Source: Octopus sinensis
Lineage: Eukaryota
Assembly: GCF_006345805.1 (NCBI RefSeq)
Contig: NC_043008.1
Span: forward strand, 1,922,001 to 1,986,000
Reading direction: 5' to 3'
Length of the DNA stretch: 64,000 bases
Part shown: positions 54,505-64,000 of the stretch, piece by piece
Layout of the letters: the number at the start of each line of letters is the position of its first letter
How positions within the stretch are numbered: the first letter of the stretch is position 1
Position numbers and translations under genes: made by a program
Notes under the pieces: generated by a model
The model's database searches: none
The model's input: the letters and a program-made list of their open reading frames with translations, nothing else
Told to the model about the DNA's origin: nothing

Positions 54505-54735
54505 GGCGGCGAGCTGGCAGAAACGTTAGCACGCCGGGCGAAATGCAAAGCCGTATTTCGTCTGTCGTTACGTTCCGAGTTCAAATTCCGCCGAGATCGA
54601 CTTTGCCTTTCATCCTCTCGGGGTCGATAAATTAAGTACAAGTAACGCACTGGGGTCGATATAATCGACTTAATCCCTTTGTCTGTCCGTGTTTGTCCTC
54701 TCTGTGTTTAGCCCCTTGTAGGTAGTAAAGAAATA
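54505..54735 (+). mobile_element. tRNA-derived SINE family A, full length
   Basis: GGCGGCGAGCTGGCAGAAACGTTAGC head, GAGTTCAAATTCC box B-like, shared core and tail with the 22005 and 45698 copies. Confidence 0.92.
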
Positions 54736-54753
54736 CATATATGTGAATATCAA

Positions 54754-54825
<72 letters not shown>

Positions 54826-54954
54826 GCATAAATATCTTTATAGAGGGGGAGAAAGGGTATCAAACAATAATGTGTAATATACGAAGCGACTTTATCGAGG
54901 GATTGTCTGAACTTTAAAGGAATATTTAAGAAAAAAGCAAACAATCGAAATAAT

Positions 54955-55035
54955 AGAGTTGTCCGGTTTAGAATCTTGTTTTGTAGCCCTGGGATTTCGA
55001 TTTCAGTCCCACTGCGCGGCACATTTAGTAAGCGA
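54955..55035 (+). mobile_element. Decayed head of SINE family B
   Basis: TTCAGTCCCACTGCG matches the head of the 17290-17692 copy; the rest is weak. Confidence 0.35.
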
Positions 55036-55099
55036 TGGGAAATCTTCCCTTCATAATTTTCATATATATTTTATTGAAACCTGCATTCTTTCCAAATAT

Positions 55100-55600
55100 A
55101 CTGATATCTCACAGGATGAGCGTTGGCGGTATCACTTTCAGCCAAAGACTTAAGAAACAATATGTGTAGTTGCAAAACACTTCCACGCCTACTCAGAAGA
55201 AGGTCAATGTAATTTTATCGGCAGTGAAGGTGATGGCCTCAGTCATTTGGGATACAAAATGCTTTGAAAAAACTGACGAAGCCTCATTTCATCTGTAGAG
55301 TGCATCGTTTCAGTTTTTGAGATGCGTGAACCTGCTTTGACCAGATTGAGCACCCACACTATGCTCCTGATCTGGCGCCACCTGACTATCATTTTCCGCC
55401 CATCATGTAACTTGTTGTTTGAATGAGAACCTGTATCGCAGTGATAACGACGTCGTAACTGTTGTTAATTTTTTTTTTAAGAAGTGGAAATCTTCATCAC
55501 TAATGATGAAGGACAAACAACTGTGGAAGATGTTGAAAAATAAAAATCATTTGCTCACATCACATAAGATTATCTTGAACAGCCTTTCAGCAGACACTCG
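55100..55600 (+). mobile_element. Internally deleted mariner remnant (same type as 11643-12735), right end retained
   Basis: TQDERWRYHFQPKT (first Asp motif), TPTQKKVNVILSAVKVMASVIWD, EHPHYAPDLAPPDYHF; ends CTTTCAGCAGACACTCG (TIR-like). Confidence 0.8.
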
Positions 55601-55651
55601 AGTGTGCATGTGTGCATGTGTGCATATGTGTGTATATACATATTCATGTAA

Positions 55652-55727
<76 letters not shown>

Positions 55728-55792
55728 TATATATATATAAAGATATATATATATATATATTATATATATATATAGATAGATAGATAGATAGT

Positions 55793-55858
<66 letters not shown>

Positions 55859-57020
55859 TAAATGATTGTGCGTGCATATTGCTAACGCCTGCAAATGAAT
55901 GTATGCCCCATCTGCGTTGCCCTGCATCTGTCATTTTCTCTTTGCTGCCTATCCACTTGAATGGCGGTGTTTGCTTACATATTTATCCAAAACCGAGAGT
56001 TCCAGCAAGTGGAAGATTTATATAACAAGTAGTGGGGGAGTTGAGAGTGATAAATCGACTAACACGTTGTTGCACCTCAGAATGGTCGCAGTGTAGTATA
56101 CGTGATAGATAAAACCCATTAGGTACGACTTCAAGTTCCCGCTGTAGGTATTCTTAATATTAGTTATAAATTTAGGGAATCCGAATATTTCCACACACAT
56201 TCACCCCCACTCCACGTACACACATATATTCTGACAGACATTGACATACGTACCCAAATAAACATATTAAGCATACACACGTCATTTCTAATATAGCTTC
56301 ATTTTCATTCGTTACCAGACTGCAAAAAGTCACGTGTTCTGTGGTACCGAATTCAAACTTAGTGGAATAGCTATTAAGATAATTCGAACATTTTAAACAT
56401 CTTCCAGAGAATCAACTCAAGAAGAAATAATGACATGTTCACCGACGATTCCAAACATACGATTTGATGACTCCAAATATTTGCTCTCCAGCAGATTGAA
56501 AAACCTCCGTATCAATTTATGCTGGTGGCTGAAGTGTGTATTCTTTTTGATCACGATCTAGTCTCCGTATTTCTTCATAATATGCGTGTCTGTTTCCCAC
56601 CTATATTTCTATTGTTCATTCTTTCTTTTTTCTACCTTATTTTCTTTCTTCCTCCCTTTCTGTATACATCTTTACTTTCTTCATCATTGCAATAGAACAT
56701 CATTTTCCGTTAGCGTTACTTCGACACCTGTCTAGATTTAATAGTGTTTCATAGCCGCAAGGCCGTTACTTTCCCTGTATATTTATATATTTTCCCAACT
56801 ATCTTCGCGTCTTGTTTTTCTGTTTTGCTTTCGTGACTGTCATTTACTTTAGCCCATCTATCCCTAACGGCATGTTGCTGTTGACGCCACCAAACTAAAA
56901 AAAAAATATTATTATCGCCAACGGTGTGAAATTGTTATGTTTTTGGGCGATAACGGGTAATGCTAGACCATGTTCACGTCTGTGTGTGAATTATCATTTG
57001 TACTCATCCTATGCAATCAA

Positions 57021-57085
<65 letters not shown>

Positions 57086-57186
57086 ATATATAAGTATATA
57101 TATATATATATCTGTGTGTGTTTGTGTGCGTGTGAGTGTATGGTGTGTTATGAGAGTTTGTGGAAGGTATCCCATAGAAACTCCAA

Positions 57187-58333
57187 TATCATCATCATCA
57201 TTTAATGTCCGCTTTCCATGCTGGCATGGGTTGGACGGTTCAACTGGGGTTTGTGAAGCCGGAAGGCTTCATCAGGCCTAGTGAGATCTTGCAAACGCCA
57301 ACCCCTCCGTGAGTGTAGTGGGTGCTTTTTACATGCCACCCGCACAGGTGCCAGACAGAGCTGGCAAACGGCCACGGACGGACGGTGCTTTTTATGTGCC
57401 ACCGGCACGGGGGCCAGGCGACGCTGGGAACGGACACGAACGGATGGTGCTTTTTACGTGCCACCGGTACGAGGCCAGTCGGGGCGGCGCTGGCAACTGT
57501 CACGAACGGATGGTTCTCTTACATGCCACCGGCACTGGTAACACATCTGCAATTTCCATTGATCGATTTCGATTCTGATCCTCACTTGCCTCAACAGGTC
57601 TTCACAAGTAGAGTTTTGTGTCCCAAGAAGGGAAGGTATGCATACGTAGGCTGGCTCCATCCCATGTACAAGGCCATGGGTTATGGTCTCACTTGTCCTG
57701 CCGGGTCTTCTCGCGCACAGCACACTTCCAGAGGTCTCGGTCTCTAGTCATCTCCTCAGTGAAACCTAAAGTTCGAAGGTCGTGCTTCACCACCTCGTCC
57801 CAGGTTTTCCTGGGTCTGCCTCTTCCACAGGTTGCCTCAACCGCTAGGGTTTGGCACTTTTTCACTCAACTATCTTCATCCATTCTCGCCACATGCCCAT
57901 ACCAGCGCAAACGTATCTCTTGCACACCACAACTGATGCTTCTTAGGTCCAGCTTTTCTCTCAATGTACTTATACTCTGCCGAGTATGAGTACTGACATT
58001 ACACATCCATCGGAGCATACTGGCTTCATTTCTTGCGAGCTTACGCATGTCCTCAGCAGTCACGGCCCATGTTTCACTGCCATGTAACATGGCTGTTCTT
58101 ACACACGCATCATACAGTCTGCCTTTTACTCTGTGCGAGAGGCCTTTTGTCACCAGCAGAGGTAAGAGCTCTCTGAACTTTTCCCAAGCTATTCTTACTC
58201 TAGCAGTTACACTTTCAACACACCCGCCCCTGCCGCTGACTTGGTCACCTAGGTGACGGAAACTATCAACGATTTCTAGTTTTTCTCCCTGGAAAGTGAC
58301 GGAAGTTGGTCTCAGAGCATTTTCAGTGTTTAA
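57187..58333 (-). mobile_element. 5'-truncated RTE-clade LINE
   Basis: ORF from about 58330 to stop 57689-57691: GEKLEIVDSFRHLG...ARVRIAWEKFREL...KGRLYDACVRTAMLHGSETW...RLRWYGHVARM...GRGRPRKTWDEVV, one premature TGA at 57866-68; 500-bp 3' UTR ending in (ATG)n. Confidence 0.95.
57321..57540. repeat. 62-66 bp tandem repeat (x3.5) in the RTE 3' UTR
   Basis: Units start at 57321, 57384, 57446, 57512 (GGTGCTTTTTACRTGCCACCGGCAC...). Confidence 0.9.
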
Positions 58334-58613
58334 TGTATGTTAAAAATTGTAGTAAAAAATATGTATGTTAAAAATTGACAAGAGATTTTAAAATGAAAAA
58401 TATATAAATGCAAAATATAAAAAAAATTAAGCAGACACGAACTTATATTTTTATATTTCAAGAACTATTCTTCATTTTTTAACATACGTTTTGTGCATAT
58501 ACGAGATGTCTTTCCATAAATTGTCATAACACACCATATACATATAATAATAATTTCATATTCGCAAAAGTCTTACCCCAGTAATCTACCAGCAAAATAT
58601 GAAGAATATTTGT

Positions 58614-58830
58614 GGGAAATTGCCTTTGTACCCCGGGAATGAATACATCCTCACCGTTTCCGCATCCGGAGAGGATGGTTGTCTCGGCAACATGGTTCAT
58701 AATTTTTTTTACAACCGAGCTTTTGCGAAAACCGAACATTGATCGAAACAGTTTTCATGACTAAAACATGCCTGGGAACATACCTAATCAATATTGGAAA
58801 TTTCAAGCAAATCGGTCTGGTGGTTCAGCA
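58614..58830 (-). mobile_element. Non-autonomous Helitron-like piece with PIF1-type helicase fragment
   Basis: 58614-58715 minus: VVKKIMNHVAETTILSGCGNGEDVFIP/GVQRQFP, resembling Helitron helicase VKKLxxxVIEATILTG..KGE.VFIPRI...RLQFP with an internal deletion. Confidence 0.7.
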
Positions 58831-59031
58831 GTTTCGCCCGTCTTCACCCGAAAGCACACGTACACGGAAACCGTAAACAGCGCAATAATATATTACGTTT
58901 TGAAAAGCAACTTGGATATTGATTTGATTTAAGAGGTTTTGAAGGTTATTGCTTTAACAATGTCATGCCACAAACCGTCTTGTCTCATGCGTAAGGCCTC
59001 ATGTTTCCGCTGTTTCATGGTAACTAATTAA

Positions 59032-59061
59032 GATCCGTGCAACGCCGGTTACTACTGCTAG
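59032..59061 (+). mobile_element. Helitron-type 3' terminus
   Basis: GATCCGTGCAACGCCGG (weak GC hairpin) followed 9 nt later by CTAG (59058-61) and then T. Confidence 0.55.
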
Positions 59062-59649
59062 TGAAATGGATTAAGGAAGTAGTAAGTACTTACCAGTAGC
59101 TTGTGCAGTGCAGAGGCTGTTATCGCTTTAACTATCTCGTGCTACACGTAGTAATCGCTTTCATTTATTGCAATGGAAAGCCTCAGTGCCGGGTGCTTAT
59201 TGTTATAGGCAGTGGCTGTTTTGAGGTCACGAGGGGTTACAATATCTGTGCACACCAAGGTGGACAGTAGTTGTTTATGCATAGGAGAAGGAATGGGTCA
59301 GTGTTCTGAGAAAAACAAATCAGGAGCTACCTCAACAAAGGCATTTTGTTCGAATGTGAGAGTTTGTCGAATTGTGCTCAAAGCGCGATTTAATAAAATG
59401 AACCATGGCATAAGACTCAGTGGGTGAAAATGCATGTGTTTACAGTGTTTGGTTTTAATCCGATCAATGGTTACGGCACTATGGCTTGCATGAAAGGTAT
59501 GTTTTGAGTCGGTTTTTCCCGTGCTATACTCAAACGAAACGGAATTTGAAAAAAAAAAATAATAACGAAACGAAAATCCTTGGGTAAGAATGTGGTGTTC
59601 GATGAAAATCGGACAACTTTTTGAAATAATCGATAATTATCGATCAAGA

Positions 59650-59748
59650 TTTTGCGAAAATTGAACATTATTGGAAGCAGTTGTTATGACTAATACGTCG
59701 GAACATACCAAATGCATATCTGAAATTTCAATCGAATCGGTTAGGTGG
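59650..59748. repeat. Diverged second copy of the 58721-58823 module
   Basis: TTTTGCGAAAA..GAACATT...ATGACTAA...GGAACATACC.AAT...GAAATTTCAA..AATCGGT..GGTGG shared, same orientation. Confidence 0.6.
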
Positions 59749-59852
59749 AACTCAAGTTATAAACCTTCGATTTTGCACACACATACACACATACACACAC
59801 AGTTCCTGTTTTATATATATTGATGTGTATATATATGAACATACACACGCAC

Positions 59853-59926
<74 letters not shown>

Positions 59927-59938
59927 CATGTATACGCG

Positions 59939-60010
<72 letters not shown>

Positions 60011-61980
60011 GGAGAGAGAGCACGGACTTGTAAAAGTTCACTTACACACACACATAAATTCAGTTGTGTGTTTGTATGTGCAGATGTGTGTTAGTTTTTT
60101 CTTGTGATAATTGTAGCAGTATATTGCTACAGCGAGTTAATTTAATGATGGAATACCAGACCTTTGTCCCGGATGATGAACCATAATCAATCATTGGTAT
60201 TTTGAAAGTCATCTAATCGGAACATATATACATGATCTGCTGGCTTATTATATGATATTGTTTAACGCTGCAGTGGCAAAGTTCGGAACGCCGAATTCTC
60301 TTTCATATCGACTTTGACATCTGTAATTCACTAATGTGCTTATAACGTGAAATCGTATTGTTTCCCTTTTAAAATTATCCATTCCTAACAAAATACTTGT
60401 AACTAATTATCTAATATCTATATATTTTTCCAAATTGCTTACGAAATCCAGCTGTATGTCAATTTCTATTTATTTTGCATTGTATCGCATGCATTCCTAA
60501 ACAGCGATGACTTTAATGGCTTGCTGGAATGACAGCATTTTAATTAAACAAAGGGACGGACTATAGATGTGTTGGCCCTTTCGCGAGATTGAAAGAAAAC
60601 ATGTTGGGCAAAGAGGGTAACGATAAGGGCAACATAATCGAGTCGTTCGAATAGGACAACTAAAAGACAGGATGGCGAGTGATCCCAATCGCTCTCTGGA
60701 GCCTACATGCTCCCCACTGGCCAGATACAGACAACAGTAGACATGAGTTCAAGGAGTGACCACTCCTCGAAGAATGATGAAACCCTGGAGAAACAATAAC
60801 AAACGGTATCAAATCTGACCATGTTCCATTACTTGCCAGGATGCGAGTGTTGATATATGAATTCAAAATCGAACTTTTTCGGTAGTTAATCTCATAAAGT
60901 ATAGTTGCTATCTATATACAAATTTAAATTCGAAGTTACACTTGATTTTTTGTCTAATATTCTACAAAATTTTATACAAAGACGGACTGAACAATTAACA
61001 GATAAAATCTCTGAAACACTTGAAAATATTAAATGCGCTGCTCTGGTATCTGATGGATCTATGATGTACGCCATGAGTTTTGATATCTTCAATAACAACT
61101 AAAAGATATTATTTAAATTAACTGTCAGCATAAGTAAACCTTTTAAAATGTGAGTATTAACAACGAATCTTCTCTAACGCTGGATACTTTAACTTAAATT
61201 TACCAATTTTGTGCAGAATGCTAAAGTCGAGTAGCGATATAATCGTCGCAGATTATACCAGTGTTTCCAGCGAATTGAACACTAGCAATTTTTAGGATTT
61301 CACAATGGCTTCTAGTATCACAATCCTTTATCTGTTTCGGTGCTTTGAGAATTAATCCTAAAATTTGAATCATCACGAAATACTAATTTATTTTACCTTA
61401 ATAATTTATTGCGTAACCGAGCCGAAATAATGATATTGAATGCAAAATCAAAACCTTCGATTAAATCTGCCTAAGCAACTGGAAATAATGCAGGCATGAA
61501 CACTAGATTTAACTCAAAATTTTAGAATTATAAAGAACCGAAAATCCATAATTAATAACCAAAAGGGATCGTCAGCAGAGAAGAATTTAAACTTGCCCTT
61601 TGGATGTATTTATATTAGGTGAAACACTGAATAAAAATAAAAAAAATTAAATATCAAAAAATATTAAAACTAAAGAATGCATGCCATAGTTTTTTTAATA
61701 TTTTTTGTATACCAAGTAGTTCCTTAAAGTCTCCTGTCGTTCTTCGGGATTCAACCTTATAAATAGCTTGCTTCCTCTGTATTTTGCACAATATCATAAT
61801 AAATAAAAATTACTCACATTTATAAATAAATTAATTTAATCAGAAAATTGTTACCATAGCAATGATGCGCGATTTTAATGGTAATTCGAAATGGTAGACC
61901 GAATTGTGGCTTTTGAATTTTTGCTATTTTTATTCTTTAATCCTCAGACTGATTTGAAGAGATTCTATTTGCTTATTATT

Positions 61981-62186
61981 GGTTTGAAATTTCGGCACAA
62001 AGCCAACAGTTTCGGGAGGTGGGTAGTCGATTATAGGGACACCAGTTTTCACCGAGTACTTATTTTATCGACCGCGAAATGATACATGCAAAGTGGACCA
62101 CGACAGAATTTGGTCTCAGAACATTAATATGGACGAAATGCCGCTATGCACTTCGACCGTTCTGGAAACTCTTCTTCCAGTTCCCC
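61981..62186 (-). mobile_element. Older SINE family A copy with alternative tail
   Basis: Core and head colinear with 45770-45935; tail GGCTTTGTGCCGAAATTTCAAACC differs from 54505-type tail. Confidence 0.7.
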
Positions 62187-63133
62187 TCATTTTCCCATTA
62201 ATTATCATTAGGATGAATTTTGAATTTAATCAAGAAGTACATGCAATCATACTACATATCGTACGAAGGGAAAATATATGAATGTTATGCCAACTTATGG
62301 AAAGAACGAATAGAATGTCATTCGTTCTATATGACAAGTGGCTCAAATTTATAATAGCGAATAGAAAATTGTTGCGCATGTATATTCTACACACGGGAAT
62401 TCGTACGATTATGTAACAGAAAAAACGAAAAAATTGTGGAGGATGCGTGATTTAAAGCCAATATACTGAATATCGAAATTTATATCCAAAGAGAAGAACA
62501 AATATGCAAATATACGCATGCGCTTAGGGTAGAATTAAAAGAGTCACATATTTGTAGACGCACACACAAACACACACACACGCACATATATATATACACA
62601 TATGTTTACTGTGCATACACACATCAGTGTGTTTGTGTATGTATCTATATATACGTGTGTGTGTATGTGTGTGAGTGCGCGCGCGTCTACCCTTGTCTCC
62701 TATTTAATTCTACCCCGCGCATTTTAATTCTACCCACGCGGAGTTTAGAACATTCCACAGGCATCTATATAAATGTTCTGACAACTCTAATGGCGCTGTA
62801 GGATTTAAAGTAGAAGATGATGGGATTTGCATAAGTGTCTATATGGACACACATGTATATATGTCGATCAACACTGTGGTTGCACTACGGGGGTAGAAGA
62901 AAAAAGCTTTAATGTCATAGAGACTCTTTAAGAGATAGGAGATAAGAGAATGTTTGTTGACTACTGGGATAAGTACTTGTAATCACAGTGTTTAGGCGTT
63001 TTGTATTTTTATCTTCGTGTATACATCCATGCGTGTCACTTGACGTTTTTTATTCTCCAATGAAACAGGACCAATTAATGGAGACACACATGGATACATA
63101 ACAACACACACACAAACACACACCATACACACA

Positions 63134-63226
<93 letters not shown>

Positions 63227-63374
63227 AGCATATATACATACACGAATGCACGCATGTATGTATATACATAAAATATACGCGTCTATATTGATATATATAT
63301 ATAGAAATCTATCTCCGCTCTGTATGTGTATGAGTGTCTCTATATTTGTGTACGTATGTTCTTTTATTCTTTTA

Positions 63375-63421
63375 ATCTTTACTTGTTATAGTCATGACTG
63401 CGGCCATGCTGAAGCACCGTC
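63375..63421 (-). mobile_element. Isolated 3' tail of SINE family B (or its partner LINE)
   Basis: Minus GACGGTGCTTCAGCATGGCCGCAGTCATGACTATAACAAGTAAAAG. Confidence 0.6.
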
Positions 63422-64000
63422 TTCAATTATTAGTAGTGACACAATGTGTAAATTTAATACAGGGGTACTTGTTTAAACTAATTTACTAAAGAATAACATG
63501 AATAAATCAATATATTTACGTCAGTAATATGATTTCCCACTGAATTATTCTGTTTTATAACACTAGACAGGTATGCGAATTTTTCATTAACCGAAAGAAG
63601 GACGTATGCTGACATATTCAAATATCATTCCTTATCTTTGAAAATTCAGTCAATCGCATTGAAAAAATATTTCAATTTTTCAGAGAAATTAAATTGCCAA
63701 TACTTGCTCATATACAATTTTTTGTTATTGCTTGTAGTTCCGCCTTTCACCTCTGTTTGATGTCACCCTTTTCTAATGCTAATGAGATTTCGCATACATT
63801 GAAGTAAAATTTAGACAACAATTGCTTCTCTGAATGAAACGATACATTCCTCTTTCAAAATAATTCACAACCGGAATCAAGGATATATCACGTAAACACA
63901 TAAACGTCTTCAATGATTGTATACATACATGCTTATATATTTTTCTATATTCATAAGTGTATGTATGTATGCATGTGTTTATGTGTCTCGACATATGTCT

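Noticed and set aside
57255-57285. CTGATGA-AGCC-TTCC-GGCT on minus in the RTE 3' UTR, hammerhead-like
   Set aside because: Followed by TCAC, not GAAA; half the catalytic core is missing.
60480-61102. Coding-looking ORFs and an SDHVPLLARMRV motif resembling an APE endonuclease end
   Set aside because: No other endonuclease motifs are recoverable and frames are interrupted; possibly a very old LINE but not supportable.
16478-63421. Apparent minus-strand excess of retroelements (roughly 2:1)
   Set aside because: Too few, partly clustered events to infer host-gene orientation.
569-63994. Most ORFs in the six-frame track (poly-IY, poly-CV/HT, YLSI, poly-I/L/N/D)
   Set aside because: They are translations of TA, CA, TATC and ATT/ATC microsatellites, which lack stops in some frames.

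Overview
This is AT-rich, microsatellite-saturated eukaryotic DNA with no intact gene, tRNA/rRNA gene or CRISPR array. The SINE families, TA/CA/TATC/ATT arrays and LINE types point to an Octopus (coleoid cephalopod) genome; this is inferred from my recollection of octopus repeats, not from a search. Most long ORFs in the supplied track are translations of simple repeats. What can be supported is a mobile-element graveyard: five Tc1/mariner remnants of about four lineages, an RTE LINE 3' end, three CR1/L2-group LINE pieces, a Penelope-type GIY-YIG remnant, Helitron pieces and about ten tRNA-derived SINE copies of several types. The left edge carries a possible promoter plus first exon of a minus-strand gene that leaves the window. 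Most interesting: (i) a 433-bp near-perfect inverted repeat with internal sub-repeats (30868-31996); (ii) an apparently intact minimal hammerhead ribozyme (17067-17101, minus) with a decayed sister copy; (iii) a LINE and a SINE family sharing a 3' tail whose stem-loop shows compensatory base changes; (iv) two very young local duplications at 46.3-49.0 kb. All belong to known classes of phenomena; whether these particular families are described could not be checked.
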